A program made the position numbers and the translations under genes. A stretch of 64,000 nucleotides of DNA from positions 44,783 to 108,782 of the forward strand of contig DGSN01000032.1 in NCBI GenBank assembly GCA_002393575.1. Reading direction: 5' to 3'. Positions 17,876 to 27,781 of this stretch are shown piece by piece (the stretch's first letter is position 1; each line of letters begins with the position of its first letter). The notes under the pieces were generated by a model. It had not been told where the DNA came from. It ran no database searches and saw only the letters and a list, made by a program, of their open reading frames with translations. The stretch is from Prevotellaceae bacterium UBA4361. GTDB taxonomy: Bacteria > Bacteroidota > Bacteroidia > Bacteroidales > Bacteroidaceae.

Positions 17876-18457
17876 CTAACAGAGTTTGGCACGGATGCGC
17901 TCCAAACGTGTTCGGAAACTATGGTCGTAGCGATGCTCGCCTATGCGAAGTCGGAAACCACCCAAGAGGGACGGAATGACACGACATTCGCACTCCACCT
18001 CTCGATGTGTGTGAGCCTTGACACGCTCGATGAGTTTCTGCACAATGCTATCGTCAACCGCAACAGCTGTTTCAAACACTACCCTATCAATTTTACGTTC
18101 CTCACGGTAGAGGTCTTGATAAACAAGGGTAATGAGACGAAGCTTGTTCTCGCGGTTATGTTCAAGCAACAGACGGAGAAAACAAGTGTAAAGCGTGGAC
18201 TGATAGCTTTCCGAACTTGGTGCAACGCCAGCCTTGACCCATGCCCCTGCATTCACTCCCGATGCCATGACAAGCAACTGGAACTTGCGGTCTTTGGAAA
18301 TGCGAGGATTCACCAAAGCAATCTGCAATTCGGGGGTCGCCTTCATGTTAGCATAGAGCACACCAAGATGTTCGTAGATTTCATCATCTACGAACTGCGC
18401 CTTGGCTTCCTCGTACAAAGCACGTGCATATCGTGTGGCAATGCTTCCTTGAATCAT
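17876..18457 (-). CDS. atpH: F-type ATP synthase subunit delta (OSCP)
   Basis: 193 aa. IATRYARALYEEA... is an OSCP-type N-terminus. Positioned between atpF and atpA, overlapping the atpF stop by 4 nt. Confidence 0.85.
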   Translation of the reverse strand: MIQGSIATRYARALYEEAKAQFVDDEIYEHLGVLYANMKATPELQIALVNPRISKDRKFQLLVMASGVNAGAWVKAGVAPSSESYQSTLYTCFLRLLLEHNRENKLRLITLVYQDLYREERKIDRVVFETAVAVDDSIVQKLIERVKAHTHREVECECRVIPSLLGGFRLRIGEHRYDHSFRTRLERIRAKLC

Positions 18458-18948
18458 AACTTCTCAATCATGCGTTCGATGGCTTTCTTCTGCTCAGCAC
18501 TGTTGCTCATCTTCTCGCTCAAAACCTTTTCAGCAATGTCGATGGCAAGTGTGGCTACCTCACTCCGAACCTCGCGCAGTGCCTTTTCCTTCTCAGCAGT
18601 AATGCGAGCCGTGGCATCGTCAACAATCTGCTGGGCAGAAGTGCGGGCCTCGTCTTGTGCTGCTTGAAGAATCCTCTGCTTCTCTTGCATGGCAGCAGAA
18701 ATGATTTCCTTCTGCTGTGCCTTGGCTTCTGCCAAAAGCTTCTCGCCCTCCTCCTGAATAGAAGCCAAACGCTCGTTGGCTTCCTTGGCTGAGACGAGAG
18801 ATGCTTCGATGAATTCCTTCCGCTTGTTAATGGCATTGACAATCACGGGAAAGCCAAACTTTGCCAGGAGAAAGAAAACAATGAGAAACGAAAGCACCAT
18901 CCAAAAAAGCAGTCCTGGATCTGGTGTAAGTAGGTTCATCTGAAACAA
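18454..18948 (-). CDS. atpF: F-type ATP synthase subunit b
   Basis: 164 aa. One N-terminal TM helix followed by a long charged Ala/Glu/Lys-rich helix. Confidence 0.85.
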   Translation of the reverse strand: MFQMNLLTPDPGLLFWMVLSFLIVFFLLAKFGFPVIVNAINKRKEFIEASLVSAKEANERLASIQEEGEKLLAEAKAQQKEIISAAMQEKQRILQAAQDEARTSAQQIVDDATARITAEKEKALREVRSEVATLAIDIAEKVLSEKMSNSAEQKKAIERMIEKL

Positions 18949-18984
18949 AATTTAATCTTGCTGCTGATGCTGCAAGAACGGTGA

Positions 18985-19227
18985 TTACATCACGACTACC
19001 AACAGACAAACAACGATAGCGAAGAGGGCTGCACCCTCGACGAATGCTGCTGTCAGAATCATGGATGAACGAATGTCGCCTGCTGCTGATGGCTGGCGAG
19101 CAATACTTTCAACGGATGACTTACCAATGTTTCCAATACCGTATGCTGCACCAATGACAGCGATAGCAGCACCAAGAGCTGCACCTGCTTTTGCAAGGCC
19201 TACGCCTGCGATAGATTCCAAAATCAT
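18985..19227 (-). CDS. atpE: F-type ATP synthase subunit c
   Basis: 80-aa hairpin proteolipid starting from ATG 19227 (MILESIAGVGLAKAG...ARQP...FVEGAALFAIV). The carboxylate Glu lies in helix 2. Confidence 0.9.
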   Translation of the reverse strand: MILESIAGVGLAKAGAALGAAIAVIGAAYGIGNIGKSSVESIARQPSAAGDIRSSMILTAAFVEGAALFAIVVCLLVVVM

Positions 19228-19334
19228 AATATTTGAGTTTTTATAAGTTGTTAATATGCTTCTTATTATTAGGGGCTGTGAAAAGAATTTCACAGAACGG
19301 TGAATGAATTTACATAAAGGTGATTGTTCTACGA

Positions 19335-20345
19335 TTATTCGCTATGGGCAATGCCAATGAAGGTGGCAGTGAGCATCGTGAAGACGTATGCCTGAATAAA
19401 TGCCACAAGAAGCTCCAAGCAATTCATGAAGATACTGAATGCCACACCCACAACTGTCATGGAACTGTTGATGCCTGCACCTGCCTGAGCTGTGATAAAC
19501 ACCAAACTACTGAGTGAAAGAATGACTACATGCCCTGCCAAGATGTTGGCAAATAGACGGATAGTGAGCGAGAACGGTTTGGTGAACACACCCACAAACT
19601 CAATGGTTGGCATGAGTGGAAACGCCTTGAGGAATAGAGGAACGTCAGGCCAAAAAATGCTCTTGTAGTAACCTTTCGGCGCAAAGAAATTGATTGCAAT
19701 GAATGCAGAGACAGCTAACGTGAGTGGCACTGCTATATTTCCTGTGAGGTTGGCACCTCCAGGGAAGATTGGTATCAATCCTAAGAGATTACATGTCAGA
19801 ATAAAGAAAAAGACAGTAAGCAGATAGTTGAGGAATTTTTGGTAGCCATGTCCAATACTCGACTTGATGACATCATTCTCAACGAAACCGACCACCACTT
19901 CCATCGCACCAACAAATCCTCCTGGGGCTTTCTTATAGCCATGCTTCTTGTACCAATGTGCCAATCCAAGAAAAACGGAAAGCAGGATAGCGCAGACGAT
20001 AAACAACTCAAGGACATTCTTTGTGATACTGATGTCGAAAGGCCGTTCACCCTGTGCATTGACTATCTTGCCAGCGTATTGACCTTCAGCAGCAATGTGA
20101 TAGCCCTTGCATTCTTGTCCATGTTCTATTTGATTCGACATGAAAGTGGTGACACCTCCTTTTTCGATAAGGATACAAGGCAGAGGAATGACACAGCCTT
20201 TGGCAATGTGCCACTCATAACTATCGCCCAAATGCTCAAAAATCAATTCCGACACATTAACACCTCCCTCTTTTTCCGCTGCACGCACAGGCAGGGAAAC
20301 ACAAGTGAGGAGCGTCAGGAAAAATATGTAGAGAATTTTCTTCAT
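19335..20345 (-). CDS. atpB: F-type ATP synthase subunit a, with a long N-terminal extension
   Basis: 336 aa. The C-terminal part carries the conserved LTIRLFANILAGH motif (essential Arg). The N-terminus has a signal-like helix plus about 100 extra residues. Confidence 0.9.
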   Translation of the reverse strand: MKKILYIFFLTLLTCVSLPVRAAEKEGGVNVSELIFEHLGDSYEWHIAKGCVIPLPCILIEKGGVTTFMSNQIEHGQECKGYHIAAEGQYAGKIVNAQGERPFDISITKNVLELFIVCAILLSVFLGLAHWYKKHGYKKAPGGFVGAMEVVVGFVENDVIKSSIGHGYQKFLNYLLTVFFFILTCNLLGLIPIFPGGANLTGNIAVPLTLAVSAFIAINFFAPKGYYKSIFWPDVPLFLKAFPLMPTIEFVGVFTKPFSLTIRLFANILAGHVVILSLSSLVFITAQAGAGINSSMTVVGVAFSIFMNCLELLVAFIQAYVFTMLTATFIGIAHSE

Positions 20346-20380
20346 TTATCAATATCTTTTGAAAAGTCAAAGGCGAAAAG

Positions 20381-20499
20381 AAGGACTAAGGACAAGTTTG
20401 TGAAAAGTGAAAAATGAAAAGTGAAAAATTCAATTCGGCAAAATCGCTTCACGCTTCTCTGTACGAGCTTCACTTTCAGACCTCAGTCCTTAGGTCTTG
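20381..20499 (-). other. Structured intercistronic element between the atpI-like gene and atpB
   Basis: Outer arms aaggactaaggac (20381-20393) and gtccttaggtctt (20487-20499), with the 8 inner bp perfectly paired. Inner GTGAAAAGTGAAAAATGAAAAGTGAAAA word tract. The atpI-like stop codon (20490-20492) lies inside the arm. Confidence 0.55.
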
Positions 20500-20866
20500 G
20501 GCCTTTTTGTCACAACGTATGTTTCAGCCACGAGGTTCAAGAAATAAAACAGCACGGCACTCACCACAAACGGTACAGTATGCTCTTGATAGCAGAGAAG
20601 ATACACGGCAATGAGGACGATGGTGATTATCATTTTGACAAGTTTGGAAACAAACAGCACTTTCACGAACAATCGACTCGGCACTGCGGTGTCGCTCTTG
20701 TCCCGACCATATCGTTCAAGGACAAACGACTGCACCATCTCCATCACCCAGTAAACCACCAATACGACAGGATAGGCATCGAACCAATACTGTGGAAACC
20801 AAAGCTTGCAAGCAATGCCAAGCAATACGCCCACCACGAACACGACCGTTGCCCATGCCTGTAGCT

Positions 20867-20876
<10 letters not shown>
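20490..20876 (-). CDS. Small integral membrane protein in the ATP synthase operon (AtpI/AtpZ-like)
   Basis: 128 aa, about 4 hydrophobic helices. Located between atpC and atpB and overlaps atpC by 10 nt. Assignment is by position only. Confidence 0.5.
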
Positions 20877-22668
<1,792 letters not shown>

Positions 22669-23187
22669 CTATTTCTGCAAATACTTATCGTTGGCAACAA
22701 GCACTTCTTCTATTTCACCAATGAAGAGGATATGAATGTCACCGCTCTCATAGTTCTTCTCAAATACTTCTTTGTCAATGAACTTCTTCTTGTCAAGTGG
22801 GTCAACATAGAGCTTACGACACTTGAACACAAGTTCTGCTTCACCCACGTATGTACATTTACCTTCGCAAACAGGAGTCAGCCCAGCACCTGCAAACTTA
22901 TCCTGACGCACACCCGACACCGTTCCGCAATAAGCCAAATGCTTCTTGTAGTCGTCAGATAGTACGGAAAGCGTGAACTGGTCGCACTTGTTCAGGAAAT
23001 TCATCGTGTGACGAGATGGACGGACATAAATCGTTGCAACGGGTTTGTCCCAAAGCATACCGAAATTGCCCCAAGAAATCGTCATCACATTGTATCCCAC
23101 TTCTTCATTTCCCGCCGTCAGCAGCATCATACGGTTGACCAGTGTGAAAGGATTACATTGCAAATCCTTATAGCTAATTTTTTCCAT
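22669..23187 (-). CDS. Flavin reductase-like (FMN-binding split-barrel) protein
   Basis: 172 aa. The pattern NPFTLVNRMMLLTAG...MTISWGNFGMLWDKPVATIYVRPSRHT resembles flavin reductase domain proteins. Called by recognition only. Confidence 0.5.
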   Translation of the reverse strand: MEKISYKDLQCNPFTLVNRMMLLTAGNEEVGYNVMTISWGNFGMLWDKPVATIYVRPSRHTMNFLNKCDQFTLSVLSDDYKKHLAYCGTVSGVRQDKFAGAGLTPVCEGKCTYVGEAELVFKCRKLYVDPLDKKKFIDKEVFEKNYESGDIHILFIGEIEEVLVANDKYLQK

Positions 23188-23238
23188 ATTGTGTTTATTT
23201 AGTTATTCTGTTTTTCGTGGTTGCGTTATACTCAATTG

Positions 23239-23246
23239 CAAAGATA
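23239..23246 (-). promoter_or_regulatory. Bacteroidota -7 promoter box TATCTTTG (consensus TAnnTTTG)
   Basis: Minus-strand TATCTTTG about 52 nt upstream of the flavin-reductase-like start. Could also drive the downstream atp operon. Confidence 0.45.
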
Positions 23247-23323
23247 AGCAATTTTTCATAGACTTTCCTACTTATCCATTGAATAATTTTTCAAAAAATT
23301 TTTATTTAAGCAGGATTTACAAC

Positions 23324-23381
23324 AAAAAAGGACATAAAACCACCACATTCTTCCACTTCCATGTGATAGTTTTATGTCCTT
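23324..23381 (-). terminator. Intrinsic terminator after the esterase-GH43 gene
   Basis: Perfect 12-bp stem aggacataaaac/gttttatgtcct with a 28-nt loop, followed on the minus strand by TTTTTTGTT. Confidence 0.65.
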
Positions 23382-23407
23382 CGCGATGCAGAATAGAGGA
23401 ATCGACC

Positions 23408-25294
23408 TTATTTCTGATTGACAAACTGAATTTTGCCGTCCTTGGTGTATTTCATCGGGCTTACACACACGCTCCTTCGTCCGATGGCACCTTGATGTCC
23501 ATCGATTGTGAGTGCAGCATTATGGTAGAAAAGATAGTCCTTGCCCTTGAAATGTGCAATGCCCGGATGAATGGTGAAACTGTTTTCTGCTCCTCCTGTC
23601 ACCTGTCCTTGATGCGTCCAAGGTCCATTGATGGAAGAAGAGGTAGCATAGTCGATGGCTTCCTTGTGGTCGTCACCCATAGAAGCATAAACCAAATAGT
23701 AAATGCCCTTGCGCTTGATGAGCCAAGGTCCTTCAACATACTTAGGTAAATCAACAGTCCAGATGTCTCCATCCAGTTCAATCATATTGTCCTTCAGCTT
23801 CGCCATAAAGCAGGTTCCATTTCCCCAGCAAAGATATGCCTGCCCATCATCATCAATCAGCACCGTTGGGTCGATGTCGTTCCACCACCCTCTTGCGCCG
23901 TTGTCTGTCATCTTGTCGTTCACAAGGGGCTTTCCGAGCGGGTCAATGAAGGGACCCGTAGGAGAATCACTCACAGCCACGCCTATCGCCTTACCTGTCC
24001 AAGGTTCTCCTGCTTGACAACTGGTGTAATAATAGAACTTTCCGTTTCGCTCCACCACTTGCGATGCCCAAGCCTCACCTACCGACCATGCAAAATCTTC
24101 GGGACGTAGCACTGCACCATGATCGGTCCATGTCTTCATGTCGGAAGTTGAATAGCAATTCCATTCAGTGATGTTGAACTCATGCCCTCCGCTGGCAGAA
24201 TCTTGTCCTTCGTACCACTCATCGTGTCCCACATAGAGATAGAGCCGATTCTTATACACAAGAGGTGCTGGGTCGGCAGTGAACTTGTTTCTGATGAGGG
24301 GATTGCTTCCGAACTTGAAGGTGTCCAGCTTTGCACTTCCCTGCTGACGACGAGCCCTGTCGAGGAAAGACACAGCGCGTTTCAGGTTTTCTTCTGTGTA
24401 CATCTTGAATCCGTGTCCTCCATCCTGCACCTGATAGTATTGGCATACAATGCCATGCTGACGGAGTGCCTTAGCGAATTCCCTGCCTTGACAACAAGGA
24501 ACGACGTTATCGGCTGTGCCATGAAACACAATGGTAGGAGGGTCACCCGCATTCAGGTAGGTGATAGGACTAAGGGAAGCATAGAGGTCCTCATGTCCCT
24601 GCAATGGTTGTCCAAGCAAAACTTCTTCAGGAGGATTGGGTGCGGTTTTGTGGTCGTCGCAATTCATGTTTTGCAAGTCGATAGGTCCCGACCAATCGAC
24701 AGCTGCATTCACAGCACTGCTTTCCTTGAGGTTGTTACCTACGCTTCCTTCCAAATCCATTTCAACGGTACCAACTGTGGCGTGTTTGGTTCCCGACGTA
24801 GCTGCGGTGAGCGAAGAAAGATGTCCACCCGAAGAGAAGCCAGATGTTGCAATGAAGGAGGTGTCGAACTGATAATCTGCAGCATGGGCACGGACGAAGC
24901 GTACTACAGCTTTGATGTCATGCAACTGGGCTGGATAGTGCGCATCTCCACTCGAACGGTGGTTAGGGGTAACAACGGCATAACCTGCATCGAGATATGC
25001 CTTGCAGATGGTGGCAAGGTCTGCCATGCCCTTTCCGTTATTGCTGAACCAAGCACTGCCATAAATGTGAATGACAACAGGATAGCGTTCAGCCTTTTTC
25101 TCGGGCAGATAGATGTCAAGTGTGTGATATGCCTTTCCATCGTCTGCATAATTCAAATCAGCAAACTTTTGGGAGTAATGCATGGCTTCGGGAGACAGTT
25201 GTTGTCCTCCGAATCCAAAATTCTGTGCTTCTACTGCACTACCCGCTCCCAACCAACAAGCAGCACTCAGCAATAATGGATATATACGTTTCAT
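23408..25294 (-). CDS. Bifunctional secreted enzyme: alpha/beta-hydrolase esterase fused to a GH43 glycoside hydrolase
   Basis: Signal peptide MKRIYPLLLSAACWLGAGSAVEAQ. Esterase motifs GFSSGGH (GxSxG), HGTADNVVP, GGHGF. C-terminal half NPLIRNKFTADPAPLVYKNRLYLYVGHDE... is GH43-like. Start set at ATG 25294, because the track extension runs into a family A repeat. Confidence 0.8.
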   Translation of the reverse strand: MKRIYPLLLSAACWLGAGSAVEAQNFGFGGQQLSPEAMHYSQKFADLNYADDGKAYHTLDIYLPEKKAERYPVVIHIYGSAWFSNNGKGMADLATICKAYLDAGYAVVTPNHRSSGDAHYPAQLHDIKAVVRFVRAHAADYQFDTSFIATSGFSSGGHLSSLTAATSGTKHATVGTVEMDLEGSVGNNLKESSAVNAAVDWSGPIDLQNMNCDDHKTAPNPPEEVLLGQPLQGHEDLYASLSPITYLNAGDPPTIVFHGTADNVVPCCQGREFAKALRQHGIVCQYYQVQDGGHGFKMYTEENLKRAVSFLDRARRQQGSAKLDTFKFGSNPLIRNKFTADPAPLVYKNRLYLYVGHDEWYEGQDSASGGHEFNITEWNCYSTSDMKTWTDHGAVLRPEDFAWSVGEAWASQVVERNGKFYYYTSCQAGEPWTGKAIGVAVSDSPTGPFIDPLGKPLVNDKMTDNGARGWWNDIDPTVLIDDDGQAYLCWGNGTCFMAKLKDNMIELDGDIWTVDLPKYVEGPWLIKRKGIYYLVYASMGDDHKEAIDYATSSSINGPWTHQGQVTGGAENSFTIHPGIAHFKGKDYLFYHNAALTIDGHQGAIGRRSVCVSPMKYTKDGKIQFVNQK

Positions 25295-25313
25295 ATTCAC
25301 TTTTTTCAAATTT

Positions 25314-25399
25314 ATGAATGAAGAATGAAGAACGTAGAATGAAGAATGTATTTTACTCTGCTCATGGAATGTGTAATTTTCATTCTTCACTCTTCATTT
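25314..25399. repeat. Family A hairpin element, copy 2
   Basis: gaatgaagaatgaagaacgtagaatgaagaatg - tattttactctgctcatggaatgtgtaatttt - cattcttcactcttcatt. Lies 12 nt downstream of the GH43 stop at 25411. Confidence 0.85.
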
Positions 25400-25410
25400 A
25401 TAAAACTTCA

Positions 25411-26844
25411 TTATAATTTCTTCAGATTCCACTTCGAGTTATCGCTTTGAAAGTCGAAAGCAGCCAATGTAGGAGAACTGTCTCCGATGGAAACAAGAGC
25501 AAGCTTCTCCTGAGTACCAGGAATGGCTTTTGGCATAATACGATAAGTACCATCAGTCAGCATGTCAATGCGCCACAACTGACAGTCTTCGCCTGTAAAT
25601 ACCGTGTCTGCTACAACTTCGCGTTCTGCCGTGGCAGTCAGCACTCGGTTCGTACCTTCGATACATATTTTATAATAAGGCTGTCCCAGATAGCCGCCTC
25701 GTCCAGCATCCTCAATAGCCCAACGCTGATGAGGGCGCGACATGAAGTCGCTGCAACGCACTCCGACACGTTCCTTTGGCCAACTGCCTTCCACGTCAGC
25801 CAATTTCTGCATCTCGATAGGCTTGATTTCGGTGTTTTGGTCTCGGCGGTACCAACGTCGGGCTGTTTCCAAACGGGTAAAATCCACAGCCAACTCCAAA
25901 GCATAGCCTCTGCGTTCTGATTCTATCTCATAACAGCCATCCTTAAATGACTCACCAGCCACAGGCCAGTCGTTCTTCCAAAGCAATGGACGAATACCCA
26001 ATGTGCTATAGCCTCCCTGGTCGAAATCGGCTTCAAAATGGCATGACATCTTCTCCACGCCATCGCATTCCACCGTGCGACCGAAATGTCCTGGACCAAC
26101 CACTCGGTCATGCGCAGCAATCACCATTTTTCCACCACCCTGAAGCATATCTCTGCCGACATTGTCGATGTAAGGGCCTGTCACCTTTCTCGACCTTCCA
26201 ACAACAATGTTATAGGTGGAGTTCACACCGTCGCAACATGTACCGTGTGTTCCTAAAAGATAATACCAGCCATTACGATAGATAAGGTCGGATGCCTCGC
26301 AGTCGATGGCAATGTCAATCGGCTCATTACCTTTCACACGTTCTCCCGTGCGAGGGTCGAGTTCCACAAGGCGAATATAACCGAAATAGGTGCCATAACT
26401 CAGCCACAGTCTGCCAGTGGTTGGGTCGAGAAGCATTCCAGGGTCGATGGCATCACAATCTTCATTACCATCGGTTGATGCCACTTCTACGGCTTCGGTG
26501 AATTTGAAATCAGGAGACTTTGGGTCGAGCGTCTTATTCCACATCGTAAGAATTCTGCCATTGTGTCCGCCACCCAGTCCACCACCAGTTGCTCCGTATG
26601 CAATCAAGTATCGGTCACCAATTTTCAGGACATCGGGTGCAGCACCACCTCCTGGACGCTCTGCACCACCATGCCAAGACCATCCATCGGAAGAAATCAA
26701 TCCACCGCCACCTGTACCAAAGGTATAATACTTTCCATCACATTCCTGAATGGTGGATGGATCATGAATAAAAGGTTCACCAATCTGCGCTTTCACCGTT
26801 GAAATCATGACACTTAACGCAGCATATATTAAAATTCTTTTCAT
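25411..26844 (-). CDS. GH43 glycoside hydrolase (arabinanase-like) with a C-terminal ricin-type beta-trefoil lectin domain
   Basis: Signal peptide. GEPFIHDPSTIQECDGKYYTFGTGGG is a typical GH43 N-terminus. The C-terminus has three QxW-like repeats (QRWAI, QLWRI, SKWNL). Confidence 0.75.
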   Translation of the reverse strand: MKRILIYAALSVMISTVKAQIGEPFIHDPSTIQECDGKYYTFGTGGGGLISSDGWSWHGGAERPGGGAAPDVLKIGDRYLIAYGATGGGLGGGHNGRILTMWNKTLDPKSPDFKFTEAVEVASTDGNEDCDAIDPGMLLDPTTGRLWLSYGTYFGYIRLVELDPRTGERVKGNEPIDIAIDCEASDLIYRNGWYYLLGTHGTCCDGVNSTYNIVVGRSRKVTGPYIDNVGRDMLQGGGKMVIAAHDRVVGPGHFGRTVECDGVEKMSCHFEADFDQGGYSTLGIRPLLWKNDWPVAGESFKDGCYEIESERRGYALELAVDFTRLETARRWYRRDQNTEIKPIEMQKLADVEGSWPKERVGVRCSDFMSRPHQRWAIEDAGRGGYLGQPYYKICIEGTNRVLTATAEREVVADTVFTGEDCQLWRIDMLTDGTYRIMPKAIPGTQEKLALVSIGDSSPTLAAFDFQSDNSKWNLKKL

Positions 26845-26862
26845 GCGTTTTTCCTCCTCTTT

Positions 26863-27630
26863 TTATTTAATTTTAAGTTGATTCAAAGGTTTTCCATTCG
26901 CATCCAAGAAGCGCACGCAGAAATCGCTCATGCCAGGTCCATTCACCACAGAGCCTCTCAGCACATTGATGCCCTTCTTCAAGGTCAGTCGTTTGCTGAC
27001 ACAGTCATCTACCACCATTCTTCGGTCGCCCGACATGAGGAGCACTTCCTCGCCATTAAGCCACCAAATAGAAGCGGAATTGGAACCGACTGCCAAACGA
27101 ACATCCTGCATGTCGGTGTCACATTCTATGAGTGTCACTGCCCAATAGAGCACACCATAAAGACGATTGCCGTATGCTTCGCCAAAGCGGAACAACTTCA
27201 CATTGTAGTTCTCACTTTCAAGTTCATGCCATTTCAGTGTTTCTCGTTTAACCACCTCCTTCGGTTCGAGCGGCTTTCCGTTCGCATCGGTTGGTGCAGG
27301 ACCTCGGAACGACCTCGTAGGCAATTCCATTTCGGTATGCACAGCCTTCACCTTCTGCCCATCACGAGGAATGGCTGTCATCTGACCTTTGAAATACTGT
27401 TTGGAGAAAACATCACGCAGGTAGGTGTCAGTAAATCCTGCATTGCTTCTGATTGGTTTGTCCATTGGTTCCAAAAGTCGCCAACGGCGAATAAAACCAT
27501 CTTTGTCGGTGTTCGACACTTTCGTTTTCACTGGGTGGAAATACTTTCCAATGTCCTGTGCACGACTCGTAACATTCACCATAGCCATCATGCAGCATAG
27601 AACGCAGCACATCAATTGTTTGTTCTTCAT
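26863..27630 (-). CDS. Secreted protein with a galactose-binding-domain-like beta-sandwich, function unknown
   Basis: Signal peptide MKNKQLMCCVLCCMMAMVNVTSRAQD, starting from ATG 27630. The IWWLNGEEVL...GINVLRGSVVN pattern resembles sugar-binding jelly-roll domains. Lies 18 nt upstream of the GH43 gene. Confidence 0.5.
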   Translation of the reverse strand: MKNKQLMCCVLCCMMAMVNVTSRAQDIGKYFHPVKTKVSNTDKDGFIRRWRLLEPMDKPIRSNAGFTDTYLRDVFSKQYFKGQMTAIPRDGQKVKAVHTEMELPTRSFRGPAPTDANGKPLEPKEVVKRETLKWHELESENYNVKLFRFGEAYGNRLYGVLYWAVTLIECDTDMQDVRLAVGSNSASIWWLNGEEVLLMSGDRRMVVDDCVSKRLTLKKGINVLRGSVVNGPGMSDFCVRFLDANGKPLNQLKIK

Positions 27631-27690
27631 ATTACCGTAATAGTTAAATGTATTTTTCAATTAGAGTGTGTATGAGAGAAAAAGTTTAAT

Positions 27691-27768
27691 AAGTTAAAAA
27701 TTAAAAGTTAAGAATTAAAATTGGCTATACAAACGGTCTTTTAACTATTAACTTTTAATTTTTAACTT
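27691..27768 (-). terminator. AT-rich hairpin (AGTTAAAA words), probable carB terminator
   Basis: Arms aagttaaaaattaaaagttaa(gaattaaaa) and (ttttaacta)ttaacttttaatttttaactt, with 21 bp perfectly paired and an 18-nt loop. Lies 14 nt after the carB stop. Confidence 0.5.
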
Positions 27769-27781
27769 ACCAAGCTTAATT

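Noticed and set aside
25340-25372. Possible conserved micro-ORF in the family A loops (MSRVK... in 3 of 4 copies; the peptide-like conservation KNENY..EQ.KIHS in another frame).
   Set aside because: Conservation is explained at the nucleotide level. The frames differ in length and stop position, copy 1 lacks the ATG, and the downstream residues are merely translated heptamer repeats. I treat the loop as RNA/DNA signal, not coding. The idea stays testable by Ribo-seq.
25295-25390. N-terminal extensions of ORFs through repeat arms, such as MKNENYTFHEQSKIHSSFYVLHSSF... before the esterase-GH43 signal peptide. Others are at 22588-22665 (atpD), 16121-16144 (atpG), 19228-19293 (atpE), 49430-49486 (MBL), 54737-54796 (fbp) and 40064-40126 (pheT).
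   Set aside because: In each case a downstream ATG gives the canonical family N-terminus or a proper signal peptide. The extension lies in repeat or promoter sequence. The EEP gene (51863) is the exception and is reported as a finding.
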